From assembly GCA_903850545.1 (NCBI GenBank), contig CAINLW010000037.1:14813-38812 (forward strand): DNA of 24,000 nt, given 5' to 3'. Below, piece after piece: positions 11,553-22,734 of this stretch. Made by a program: the position numbers and the translations under genes. The notes under the pieces were generated by a model. That model saw only the letters and a list, made by a program, of their open reading frames with translations, made no database searches and was not told the DNA's origin. Numbering within the stretch: position 1 is the first letter of the stretch; each line of letters opens with the position of its first letter. This DNA comes from an uncultured bacterium (GTDB taxonomy: Bacteria; Patescibacteriota; Minisyncoccia; Phycocordibacterales; GWA1-40-21).

Positions 11553-12266
11553 ATGGAATATTCAAATGCATTACAACGTTTAGGACTATCGCTTAAAGAG
11601 TCCCAAATATACGAGACCTTATTAGATAAAGGTTCTTTAAGCATGATAAAACTATCCCAGATAACTGGAATTAACAGACCTGCACTTTATATTTTAATTC
11701 CGAAAATGATAAATAAAGGGTTAGTTATTGAGACAAAAAAAGGTAAGAGGATTGAGTATATTGCTTCCTCCCCTAATAAACTTGAGCCCTTAGTCAAAAA
11801 CGCCCAACAAAGTCTTGAAAATATAGTCACCAATTTAAATACTGAATTTTCTAAAAAACAGCTTGTTCCAAAAATTGAAACTTACTATGGTAAAGATGGA
11901 ATAATTAAGGTGCTTATGGATATTGTCACAACTCTAAATAAAGGGGATACATATTATCGTTACAGTATTAAAAAAATATCTGACAAATTTCCTTTGCCAA
12001 AAGAATATTATAGATTAAGAGATGAAAAACAAATTGAACGTTTAGTTATAGCTAGCTCCGAAGTAGCAAAAAGAAAAAAACCAGACTTAAATGAAACAAT
12101 TAAAATATTAAAAGGTAGCTATGATGGTTTTAATGCGACAAAAAACATTTATGGAAATAAAATTGCCTTTACAGATTATGAAAATGAGGTAGCTTTTATA
12201 ATCTACAACGAAAAAATGGCTAAACTAGAAAAAGAAATCTTTCTGAATTTGTACAAAACACTCTAA
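11553..12266 (+). CDS. TrmB-family-like transcriptional regulator (N-terminal winged HTH)
   Basis: LQRLGLSLKESQIYETLLDKGSLSMIKLSQITGINRPALYILIPKMINKGLV matches the TrmB-type HTH pattern. It is the only credible plus-strand gene in the window. Confidence 0.7.
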   Translation: MEYSNALQRLGLSLKESQIYETLLDKGSLSMIKLSQITGINRPALYILIPKMINKGLVIETKKGKRIEYIASSPNKLEPLVKNAQQSLENIVTNLNTEFSKKQLVPKIETYYGKDGIIKVLMDIVTTLNKGDTYYRYSIKKISDKFPLPKEYYRLRDEKQIERLVIASSEVAKRKKPDLNETIKILKGSYDGFNATKNIYGNKIAFTDYENEVAFIIYNEKMAKLEKEIFLNLYKTL

Positions 12267-12284
12267 AAGAGTGTTGTTATTACA

Positions 12285-12854
12285 TTATATTTCTTTCCAA
12301 ATAAAATAGGATGTTTGATATGGAAGCTTTTCAATGTAGCCTTTCGGATTGAATTGTTCATCATTTAATTCAACATTGTATTTATATATTGTAAATTTCG
12401 CTAATAAACCTGGGTAACTTGGTGAATCGATAGTTCTCTCAGTCAACCCGATATAATTTGATGAGATTGTTCCACTTATACCCAACTCTTCATTAATACC
12501 ACGAACTAAAGTGCTGTCAGGATTTCCACCCTTTTTTATTTTTTCGGAAACAGCCCCATCTAAATCCCTATGAAATTCATATTTATTTTTTAATACGATT
12601 TTTTCTTCTTTTAAACGATACCTTTTGCCATCTTTAGAGATATAGTATACATCCGCACTAACCCAATCAACTTTTCTTAGTAATCTGCCGTCTTTATCTT
12701 TTATTAAAACGGTTTCTCCATCCTCTATCTGTTTTTGAAGTTGTTCTACAGTCTTTGTATGGAGTCTCCCCCATGCACTAGTATTGATGCCAGCATTTTT
12801 AAGTTGGCTATTCAATGTTTCGGTTATAGATTCAGTATTTTTAGAAATTTTCAT
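12285..12854 (-). CDS. Hypothetical protein, possible degenerate Nudix fold
   Basis: 189 aa. LVRGINEELGI resembles the REUxEExGU half of the Nudix box, but the upstream G-x5-E spacing does not fit. Confidence 0.5.
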   Translation of the reverse strand: MKISKNTESITETLNSQLKNAGINTSAWGRLHTKTVEQLQKQIEDGETVLIKDKDGRLLRKVDWVSADVYYISKDGKRYRLKEEKIVLKNKYEFHRDLDGAVSEKIKKGGNPDSTLVRGINEELGISGTISSNYIGLTERTIDSPSYPGLLAKFTIYKYNVELNDEQFNPKGYIEKLPYQTSYFIWKEI

Positions 12855-12872
12855 GGTTGTATTATGTTTTAA

Positions 12873-14867
12873 TTAAAAAATTGCTTTATCAAAATCTATC
12901 AAATATACTCTTGGAATTTTGTTTAGATCCGGATTACCATTTTTATCCCTAAAAAAACGGAGACAAAAATTTCTAATATGCGTATGACCGTGTATAATGC
13001 CCTTATCCCTTAATACTACATCCTTTATTTTTTTTATTTGATTCTCAATCTCTATTTTAAACTTATCTGTTTTGCTAAGCCACTGAGACACATTTAAATC
13101 CAATACACCAGTACTAACTTCAACCCATCCTTCCTCATTCAACTTGTATGATTGTATAGGTTCAATTGGAACATAAGTAAAACCTTTTTTCTGCCAAACT
13201 GCGTATTCATCAAATAAATCTTTCCAAGCTAAAAAAGTCCTAGGTGTCATATACCTTATAATTGTTTTACCCCTCTTGTCTCCAACTAATTTTGTCGGAT
13301 ATCCAGTTTTTTCTTGGTCCTGTATATTTGGTCCTTTGTCATCATATTTATCATATAAAGGCGCCTCGATTAATTCATTTATTAACCCTTTATCTATAGC
13401 GTTTTGAAAAATCTTACTTCTTTCAGCTTCCGGGGCTGAATCTATTAATCGTGTGGCTATTTTCTTTATCTCGGGATTTGGATTATCAAGTAATTCGTTG
13501 ATATATTTTATTCTCATATCTTTTGGAATATATCTGATCATTCTAGCAGCAGATTTTTGAATTTCGATATAAGGTTTTTTTAAACCCTCTTCTACTTTGT
13601 CTAAAACGATTTTTTGAAGTTCGCTACGTTCCTCATCCGTTATTACCTTTTCTCTCAATTTTTCATCTTCAGGAATAACCCACACTTCTTTATCTTTAAC
13701 AATTGTCTTAAATAATTTAGACTCACGATGTTTAATAACTCTCTTAACCACTATAACTTCATCATCTTTTATATCGTTTAATATTAAGCCAATTGTTTCT
13801 ACAGCTAATTCTTGCTCTTTAAGTTTGCCGTATGATAAAGACTGTTTAAGTTTTTTTATAAGTTTTTTTATAAGTTTTTTCCCTATTATATCAAAATGTG
13901 ATTTTTTAATTATTTCTGCTTTTAATTTATACACATGTTCAGTTGAAAAAACATTCACCTTAAATATGTCGCTGATAGGGTAATTAAAAGCACTCGGATC
14001 TTTAGGCATATTGTATAACTGCATCATTACCGTTCTACCTTCTTCGTCCATGCGTAGAAAATTAATTTTCTTTGCAACCTCTTTAATCACTATAATATCA
14101 TTGTTTTTTAATGCCTCGGATATAAGAGTTGGATAAGGACCCTCTGTTCCAGAGTCCGACTCATATGCAAATACTATAGAGTCAGTAATGAATGTTATTG
14201 CTTCTACCGCCACACCAGCTTTTGAGCCATTAACAGCATAGATCAAATTATTATACATCTTTTGTGTTGGTAAGTATTCTGTCATTTCCAAAGCAATTCT
14301 CCACGCTCTTGAATCAGAAATTCCAAATAATTTTTCAGTTTGTAATAAATTAGATGCCTCAATTAATTTTTGAGCTTTGGGTAAAATTAATTCAGAAAGT
14401 GGTTTTTGTACCAACTTTTGTGTCCACAAATTATTAACTACTAAATATTTCGAAGCGGCTAATTGCACTTCTGGATTTTGACTATCAATTCTATCCATAG
14501 CATAATTCACAAGAAGAGGGGTTATTTTGATTCTTTCTTTTTTTGTAAGTTTTAACAACACCCCTAAAGCTAAATCTTGCTCTTGTTTATCAGCACTAAA
14601 CATACTCATCATAATCAATGGGGTTCGCTTTTCTTCTGGCATCGATAATATATTTTCTTGTGTTAAAAAAAACTTGATATATATTTTCTTATCTATTTTC
14701 TCATCGTAAACTTTACTATTTTCATATGCATTAAAAGACTCCGTTGTAATTGGATCTTGTCCAGGAACATAATACATTTCTAAATATCTTGGTAATGCAC
14801 CATTTAATTCTTCCGGCGTATCAGGATATCCTTCTGCTTTATTAAAAAAGTTTAAAAATGCTGGCAT
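12873..14867 (-). CDS. Large HEAT-repeat-like protein with a C-terminal protein-kinase-like domain (possibly inactive)
   Basis: 664 aa with HEAT-like repeats (SQNPEVQLAASKYLV, NPNPEIKKIATRLID). The C-terminal GIIHGHTHIRNFCL ... VYLIDFDKA follows the HGDxHxxN / IDF pattern of RIO/Kdo/APH-type kinases, with His in place of the catalytic Asp. Confidence 0.6.
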   Translation of the reverse strand: MPAFLNFFNKAEGYPDTPEELNGALPRYLEMYYVPGQDPITTESFNAYENSKVYDEKIDKKIYIKFFLTQENILSMPEEKRTPLIMMSMFSADKQEQDLALGVLLKLTKKERIKITPLLVNYAMDRIDSQNPEVQLAASKYLVVNNLWTQKLVQKPLSELILPKAQKLIEASNLLQTEKLFGISDSRAWRIALEMTEYLPTQKMYNNLIYAVNGSKAGVAVEAITFITDSIVFAYESDSGTEGPYPTLISEALKNNDIIVIKEVAKKINFLRMDEEGRTVMMQLYNMPKDPSAFNYPISDIFKVNVFSTEHVYKLKAEIIKKSHFDIIGKKLIKKLIKKLKQSLSYGKLKEQELAVETIGLILNDIKDDEVIVVKRVIKHRESKLFKTIVKDKEVWVIPEDEKLREKVITDEERSELQKIVLDKVEEGLKKPYIEIQKSAARMIRYIPKDMRIKYINELLDNPNPEIKKIATRLIDSAPEAERSKIFQNAIDKGLINELIEAPLYDKYDDKGPNIQDQEKTGYPTKLVGDKRGKTIIRYMTPRTFLAWKDLFDEYAVWQKKGFTYVPIEPIQSYKLNEEGWVEVSTGVLDLNVSQWLSKTDKFKIEIENQIKKIKDVVLRDKGIIHGHTHIRNFCLRFFRDKNGNPDLNKIPRVYLIDFDKAIF

Positions 14868-14957
14868 GTAAAAATTCTATCATTATTTAATAACAATGTC
14901 ATTAAAAATGAAAATACCCAAACAAATTAACATATTCTTGTATTTCTATATAATACA

Positions 14958-14982
14958 GACGAAAAAACTTTGTTTTTTCGTC
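14958..14982. terminator. Intrinsic terminator after ligA
   Basis: The hairpin gacgaaaaaac-ttt-gttttttcgtc lies 17 nt downstream of the ligA stop. Confidence 0.6.
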
Positions 14983-14998
14983 CAGTTTTCTTAAGTTG

Positions 14999-17643
<2,645 letters not shown>

Positions 17644-17667
17644 TTTGATTTGATTTAATTATCTTCT

Positions 17668-17722
17668 GTCTTTGCGAGTGATTTATCCAGAGCTTTGTCG
17701 AGAGAAGCGTGGCAATCCAGGT
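17668..17722 (-). repeat. Short GC-rich intergenic repeat, long copy
   Basis: gtctttgcgag...gcaatccaggtt shares both ends with 19890-19922. Confidence 0.5.
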
Positions 17723-17732
17723 TAAATTTTTT

Positions 17733-17774
17733 ATTTTCGTTGACATTCGTTAAAATTCGTATAATTTTTGTATT
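17733..17774 (-). repeat. TACGAA-repeat intergenic element
   Basis: Minus strand: AAAATACAAAAATTATACGAATTTTAACGAATGTCAACGAAAATAAAAAATT. Confidence 0.6.
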
Positions 17775-18404
17775 TTATTCAAAGTTCTCAGAAAAATTAT
17801 ATATGAAATTTTGAATATCTACATGTTGCAGACCTTGCGGAGCTGTCCAAGAAACACGAACATTTACAACAGCTTCATCTAGATTTCCTGCTGGATTTTT
17901 CTTTATGTTTATTTTTCTTATGAATTTTGAATCCGGTTTATTTTGAACATAATCATACTTTTCAAAACTTCCACTAGTAGATGAAATTTTCAGTGTTCCA
18001 GGATTATCTGAACCACCTGCTTTTATGTAAACACTACTCCATACGGATGCCGTAGTATCTATAGTGCAAAATTTTGGGCTTGGACTTACTGAGCCAAAAT
18101 CACAGGTGTCTGTATTAGAGTCACAAACACAAGGTGTTAATGGATCCCCCAACCAATCTGTTACACCATTCACCTTTCCTCTTAAAGCAATCTGATCACG
18201 AATATTTTTTACTGCCTCAAGACCATCTTGCGCCAAAAAAAGTGCAATCATTTGATCTTTTGATAAAGTGGCGGTGGATAAACCTTTCTGTGCTAAGGTC
18301 ATCGGACTTGCAATCGCAATCATAAGAATTGAAATAGCAACAAGAGCTTCCACTAATGTGAACCCATCATTTTTACTATTCTGTTTTATAATTTTCGTTT
18401 CCAT
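17775..18404 (-). CDS. Type IV minor pilin / pseudopilin
   Basis: The leader METKIIKQNSKNDG is followed by FTLVEALVAISILMIAI, the prepilin cleavage/methylation motif with Glu at +5. Confidence 0.8.
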   Translation of the reverse strand: METKIIKQNSKNDGFTLVEALVAISILMIAIASPMTLAQKGLSTATLSKDQMIALFLAQDGLEAVKNIRDQIALRGKVNGVTDWLGDPLTPCVCDSNTDTCDFGSVSPSPKFCTIDTTASVWSSVYIKAGGSDNPGTLKISSTSGSFEKYDYVQNKPDSKFIRKINIKKNPAGNLDEAVVNVRVSWTAPQGLQHVDIQNFIYNFSENFE

Positions 18405-18431
18405 TCGTTTTATTCGTACAATTTTCGTATC
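18385..18431 (-). repeat. TACGAA-repeat element overlapping the start codon and first codons of the pseudopilin gene
   Basis: Minus strand: GGATACGAAAATTGTACGAATAAAACGAATGGAAACGAAAATTATAAAAC. The embedded ATG is the gene start at 18404. Confidence 0.6.
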
Positions 18432-18434
18432 CTG

Positions 18435-19100
18435 TTAATTATTCTTTATTATTCTTTGCGACACGCTTGTCTGCAAATCAAAATCTGTACTTCCACCCTT
18501 TACTGATATTGTTCCTGAAACTGTTATTATTACTCGAGGTTGGGTTTTTCCGCCAGTGCATAACACTCCACCTCCCTCACATGTTGCACCGACCACGTAA
18601 AATTTCATATTGTTTATTTTAACACCCGAATCAGAAGAGATTAAATCTTCTGCTACAATAGAGCTACAAGTGGCACCCTCACACTCTTTTTTAAGTGTTC
18701 CAGAATTATTTTCAGAAATAAATTTATATATTATATTTGTTTTTTCATTATTGTTATAAAATTTAACCGCTGTGCTACCATTAGGACAATCTCCAGAATA
18801 ATTTTCTCCCGGTTGCAAACAAGCATAATTTGTTCCCATTCTCATCTCTTTTGATATATCTTCGATAGCGAAAGTTACACTATCTATCGTAGTTTTTATT
18901 ACCTGGGCTTTTCTATTTGCGTCAATTGTTGTAATTAAAACACTCAAAGCAATCGTCATAATAGACATAAAGACCGCAACAGCAACAAGCATCTCAACAA
19001 GTGAAAACCCTGACTCACGCGGACTAGACGCTGAACATACGCGGACAAGACGCGGATTTTCCATTACTAATTTATTCTGTTTTTTTATAATTCTAAACAT
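18435..19100 (-). CDS. Type IV minor pilin / pseudopilin with an extended leader
   Basis: ...ENPRLVRVCSASSPRESG followed by FSLVEMLVAVAVFMSIM. An alternative start is M13 (19064). Confidence 0.8.
   Translation of the reverse strand: MFRIIKKQNKLVMENPRLVRVCSASSPRESGFSLVEMLVAVAVFMSIMTIALSVLITTIDANRKAQVIKTTIDSVTFAIEDISKEMRMGTNYACLQPGENYSGDCPNGSTAVKFYNNNEKTNIIYKFISENNSGTLKKECEGATCSSIVAEDLISSDSGVKINNMKFYVVGATCEGGGVLCTGGKTQPRVIITVSGTISVKGGSTDFDLQTSVSQRIIKNN
19018..19055 (-). repeat. 38-nt GC-rich repeat inside the pilin leader-peptide coding region, copy 1
   Basis: cgcggactagacgctgaacatacgcggacaagacgcgg matches 19788-19825 at 37 of 38 positions. It encodes PRLVRVCSASSPR. Confidence 0.7.
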
Positions 19101-19115
19101 TTTGTTTGATTTAAT

Positions 19116-19160
19116 TATTCGTAGCCATTCGTATCATTAGTATAATTCGTATATTCGTAT
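19116..19160 (-). repeat. TACGAA-repeat element (four TACGAAT units)
   Basis: Minus strand: CATACGAATATACGAATTATACTAATGATACGAATGGCTACGAATAATTAA. Confidence 0.55.
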
Positions 19161-19162
19161 GT

Positions 19163-19864
19163 TTATTTGACATATATCTGTCCTACAGAAGTTATATTTA
19201 TTGTTGACGTCGCTCCGCCTGCGGAAGATAAGGTAATTTTAGCATAATTTAAATCACTACTCTTTGTTCCACTATCGTTCCATGAATATATTTTTGCCTC
19301 AAGCTTTGGTCTATAAAAAAGAATTGAGAGTTGTTTCGTGTTATATATTCCATCAGGACAATCTGCTACAACACCAACACACATACCAACTATTTTAGTA
19401 CCTTTTGTCATGGAATATTTTTGAATACATTCAGAGTTTGCCACATCACATTCTCTCACGTCTGAACTATTTGGAGCATCATTATATTTTTTATCTGGTG
19501 AATTTCCAGTATCATTAAAAAGAATAAAATTTTTATCACTCCCTGTGCTTGAATTTATATCAAAATAAACACCGTAACCTTGATTTACTTTATTAAAAGA
19601 TCCTGTATTACTCTCTCTCACATTCACTCCGTAAGACTGTGCTTGCCTAATAGTAAGAGCGACATCATAAGTAAAATTTTTCAAAAGTATAGAATTATCA
19701 AAATTTTTTGAATTTAACAAAACAACTCCCGTAAGAATCACAAACATAGAAATAGTAACGAGAAGCTCCACAAGAGTAAAACCTCTACGCGGACTAGACG
19801 CTGAACATACGCGGACTAGACGCGGAATTATATTTTTGATTTTTATTTTGCTAAATTTCCTCAT
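19163..19864 (-). CDS. Type IV minor pilin / pseudopilin with an extended leader
   Basis: MRKFSKIKIKNIIPRLVRVCSASSPRRG followed by FTLVELLVTISMFVIL. Confidence 0.8.
   Translation of the reverse strand: MRKFSKIKIKNIIPRLVRVCSASSPRRGFTLVELLVTISMFVILTGVVLLNSKNFDNSILLKNFTYDVALTIRQAQSYGVNVRESNTGSFNKVNQGYGVYFDINSSTGSDKNFILFNDTGNSPDKKYNDAPNSSDVRECDVANSECIQKYSMTKGTKIVGMCVGVVADCPDGIYNTKQLSILFYRPKLEAKIYSWNDSGTKSSDLNYAKITLSSAGGATSTINITSVGQIYVK
19788..19825 (-). repeat. 38-nt GC-rich repeat inside the pilin leader-peptide coding region, copy 2
   Basis: cgcggactagacgctgaacatacgcggactagacgcgg. On the minus strand it contains the internal direct repeat GCGTCTAGTCCGCG twice. Confidence 0.7.
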
Positions 19865-19889
19865 TTTTTGTATTAAATTTTATAGTTTT

Positions 19890-19922
19890 CGTCTTTGCGA
19901 GCGAATGCGAAGCAATCCAGGT
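19890..19922 (-). repeat. Short GC-rich intergenic repeat, short copy
   Basis: gtctttgcgagcgaatgcgaagcaatccaggtt. Confidence 0.5.
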
Positions 19923-19956
19923 TTGTTTGATTAATTGTTTGTAATAATTTGTATTT

Positions 19957-20748
19957 TTAACTAAATAAATAAATGATACTGTACAAATTCCATGCGGTGA
20001 AAAGTTGAATAAAAACTGCAAATATTATAAAAGGTGCAAAAGGTATTTCGCTTTTCATTGATAAATGAAATTTTCCAATATGAATCTTTTGGAAAAAAAT
20101 AAGAAGCAAACTGACAATTGCGCCTATCCAAAAAGCGAGCATTATTGCAAATATTCCTCCAGAAAAGCCGAGAAGAAAACCTACACCAATTGCGAGCTTG
20201 GCATCACCAAATCCCATCCACTTCCCACCTGATACAAGCCAAAAGAAAGCAAAGAATGCAAAAAGTAATGGTCCAGCAAACCACTCTAAAGATATGGGTA
20301 AGCTAAAAAGTTCACCTGTGCTATGTATAAGGAAAAAATTAACAAGCGAAAGAATTATAAAAGCAACAACCATGCCATCTGGAATAATTTTGTGTTTGAA
20401 ATCATAAACCGCCATCACAATAAGTATTGAGGCGATCAAAAGATATAAAAATAAAATTGGAGTCAATCCAAATCTCAAAAGCAGTCCACAAAAAACTAAT
20501 CCTGTGATAAATTCGACTGTAAAATATTGTTTAGAGATTTTACTATTACAACCAAGGCACTTACCTCCGAGCATCAAAAAACTAAAAAGAGGTAGCAGTT
20601 CATACCATTCCAAATGTCTTCCACAAGAAAAACATTTTGACCTACCTGTAACAAAAGACAGACCAGTGTTGTATCTGAAAACAACAACATTCAAAAAACT
20701 GCCAACGATTGTTCCAAACACAAACATTATAAATATATTTAATATCAT
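19957..20748 (-). CDS. pilD: Prepilin peptidase (A24 family) / N-methyltransferase
   Basis: 263 aa, polytopic. It has the CFSCGRHL...CLGCNSKI cysteine pairs and catalytic Asp contexts KIIPDG and WMGFGDAKL. Confidence 0.88.
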   Translation of the reverse strand: MILNIFIMFVFGTIVGSFLNVVVFRYNTGLSFVTGRSKCFSCGRHLEWYELLPLFSFLMLGGKCLGCNSKISKQYFTVEFITGLVFCGLLLRFGLTPILFLYLLIASILIVMAVYDFKHKIIPDGMVVAFIILSLVNFFLIHSTGELFSLPISLEWFAGPLLFAFFAFFWLVSGGKWMGFGDAKLAIGVGFLLGFSGGIFAIMLAFWIGAIVSLLLIFFQKIHIGKFHLSMKSEIPFAPFIIFAVFIQLFTAWNLYSIIYLFS

Positions 20749-20785
20749 TTGATTTAACTTTATAACATTATAACTTTCTACTAAA

Positions 20786-21337
20786 TTAAGGCATCACATC
20801 GTAAATTTTATCATTACTACTAGCATCAACTGGGGGATGATTGTATAAGGGACCACATTCAAATACATCATCTGATAAATTTGTAGAATTAAAAATTCTT
20901 CTTGAGTTTATATGTTCATTATTTCCCTCAAAAGTTGTCCAAAGCTGGTATGAAACACAATTATTTGAGCCGATTGAACCACCCGTCGTCATAGGCATTT
21001 TTGTCATAGGAAAATAATTATATGCTGTGTTTGGGGGTAAATCTGCTGGTATTTCAGGTAAAAACTTTATTACTGGCGATACATCCTTTTTTCCATCAAC
21101 TAGTTCCGACAATTGTACTGGATACACTCCATATTTTTGGAAAAATTGTTCAAGAGCAAGCTGTATTACGCTCAGATCTCCAACTCTTTTTTGATCTCGA
21201 CTATTTGCTTTTGAGGTATCAAAAGATGAGTAAATTACAGCAGTCAATATAGCCATAATAGAAATAACCACCATTATTTCTACTAGTGTATATCCTAACT
21301 TATATTGATGGTTCTTTTGTTTAATTTTCGTTGCCAT
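20786..21337 (-). CDS. Type IV pilin-like protein
   Basis: The leader MATKIKQKNHQYKLG is followed by YTLVEIMVVISIMAILTAV. Confidence 0.8.
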   Translation of the reverse strand: MATKIKQKNHQYKLGYTLVEIMVVISIMAILTAVIYSSFDTSKANSRDQKRVGDLSVIQLALEQFFQKYGVYPVQLSELVDGKKDVSPVIKFLPEIPADLPPNTAYNYFPMTKMPMTTGGSIGSNNCVSYQLWTTFEGNNEHINSRRIFNSTNLSDDVFECGPLYNHPPVDASSNDKIYDVMP

Positions 21338-21367
21338 TCGTAATTATTCGTATAATTTTCGTATATT
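21322..21367 (-). repeat. TACGAA-repeat element overlapping the start codon of the pilin-like gene
   Basis: Minus strand: ATATACGAAAATTATACGAATAATTACGAATGGCAACGAAAATTAAAC. The embedded ATG is the gene start at 21337. Confidence 0.6.
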
Positions 21368-21436
21368 ACAATTATACCTTTTTTATACAAAAAACAAAAC
21401 AATAAAACTGCAATATTGACCTAGAACAAAAAATTT

Positions 21437-21462
21437 AAAAAACCACCTTTGTGGTGGTTTTT
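21437..21462 (-). terminator. Intrinsic terminator after the first major pilin paralog
   Basis: The stem aaaaaaccacc-tttg-tggtggttttt has T runs on both strands. Confidence 0.7.
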
Positions 21463-21495
21463 GCTAAATTTTAGACAAGGTGTGGCTTAGTCTGA

Positions 21496-21969
21496 CTATT
21501 GACAAGAGTAGATGCCTTGAGGAAGATTTGAATTTTCTTGTTTAGATGCACCCGTACTATCAATACACCACATTAAAGAACCACCAACACCAGAAACAGA
21601 TCCTTTTAATGGAGTCTCCGCAGCCCATGCTGTGGGTGATTCGTGACAAGTGGTTTGATTAAAGGCACCTGCAGATCCTATTACAACAGTCATAGTAGAA
21701 AGATAGTATTTACCAGCAACGAGAAGTAGCTTACCAATAGGTTTTGCACCGTTTGGCTGTGGGTCAGGAGTGCAAACATTACGGTAATCGTTACCATTAT
21801 AAGCATAATAAAGTTCGGCTTGAGTGCGAGCAGATAACATTTGTGATTTGATAGCTCCATCAACACCCTTTGCTCTTGCATTACTTACAGACGACAGCAC
21901 AACCGAAGATAATAAAGAAATTATTGATATAACAACCAAAAGTTCAATTAATGTAAAACCTTTTTTCAT
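21496..21969 (-). CDS. Type IV major pilin paralog 1
   Basis: The start is reassigned to ATG at 21969 ([19 protein letters not shown]). It has the C-terminal WCIDSTG motif and paired cysteines. Confidence 0.85.
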   Translation of the reverse strand: MKKGFTLIELLVVISIISLLSSVVLSSVSNARAKGVDGAIKSQMLSARTQAELYYAYNGNDYRNVCTPDPQPNGAKPIGKLLLVAGKYYLSTMTVVIGSAGAFNQTTCHESPTAWAAETPLKGSVSGVGGSLMWCIDSTGASKQENSNLPQGIYSCQ

Positions 21970-22060
21970 AATTTTAATAAATATATTAATAAATAAACTA
22001 ATTAACATTATACATCACATCTATAAAAAGAAAAACCTGCTTTCGCAGGTTTTTCTTAAG
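21967..22060 (-). repeat. Pilin intergenic module, copy 1 (terminator of upstream pilin plus putative promoter)
   Basis: About 93 nt with, by eye, 3 mismatches to 22594-22687. It contains the terminator aaaaacctgc-tttc-gcaggttttt (22031-22054) and a minus-strand TATAAT (22007-22012). Confidence 0.7.
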
Positions 22061-22092
22061 ATTTAGACAAAAAAATGACTTTGTTCGATAAA

Positions 22093-22596
22093 CTATTCAG
22101 CACAAGTACCCAAAGTTGTTACTTCTAAATTTAAACCGTCTTGAGTATTAGCACTAATGGTGACTTCTTTTGATTTTCCTGAACTATCCACACACCAACC
22201 CTTAGTGGAATCCGATCTATATTGAACTACAATAGCATAGTCTCTTCCTCCAGGAGTTGAAGCACAAGAGGTATATGTTCCACCAGAATTTTTAGCTGAT
22301 GCTATAAACTCAGCTATTTTTGTTTCTGCAAAAATATTGTTTATCGCTGGTTCACACGATGCTGGTCCATAGGCGAGAGTAGCACTACAAGTAATTCCTG
22401 TTTTAGAATAACATCCTTTCATATTCTCATATTGAAGCCCTGCTACATTTTTAATTTGTGTTAGGTTAGAAATAATAGCTGTATTATTGGCTTTTGCTCT
22501 TGAATCACCCAATTTAGATAGAACAACTGATAACAATAAACCTATTATTGCAACAACAACGATAAGTTCAATTAATGTAAAACCTTTTTTTGACAT
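22093..22596 (-). CDS. Type IV major pilin paralog 2
   Basis: [20 protein letters not shown] and C-terminal WCVDSSG. Confidence 0.85.
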   Translation of the reverse strand: MSKKGFTLIELIVVVAIIGLLLSVVLSKLGDSRAKANNTAIISNLTQIKNVAGLQYENMKGCYSKTGITCSATLAYGPASCEPAINNIFAETKIAEFIASAKNSGGTYTSCASTPGGRDYAIVVQYRSDSTKGWCVDSSGKSKEVTISANTQDGLNLEVTTLGTCAE

Positions 22597-22687
22597 AATT
22601 TTTATAAATATATTAATAAATAAACTAATTTACATTATACATCACATTTATAAAAAGAAAAACCTGCTTTCGCAGGTTTTTCTTAAA
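22594..22687 (-). repeat. Pilin intergenic module, copy 2
   Basis: Near-identical to 21967-22060. The terminator hairpin is at about 22658-22681. Confidence 0.7.
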
Positions 22688-22734
22688 CTATCACTGAGGT
22701 CAAACCTCATAAAGTTAATTTGATGTAACTTTTA

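Noticed and set aside
11049-11644. ORFs 11049..11429 (+), 11290..11472 (+) and 11342..11644 (-)
   Set aside because: They cross hammerhead HH-D, the leader modules, the micro-ORFs and the divergent promoter region. The minus-strand ORF is antisense to the start of the TrmB-like gene and is in a different frame from the conserved micro-ORF. None has an SD, and the substitution pattern supports the small frames instead.
21970-22008. 13-codon extension of pilin paralog 1 (MLISLFINIFIKI)
   Set aside because: The three paralogs align from [10 protein letters not shown]. The extension lies in the AT-rich promoter module shared with paralog 2, where it is not in frame with a start.
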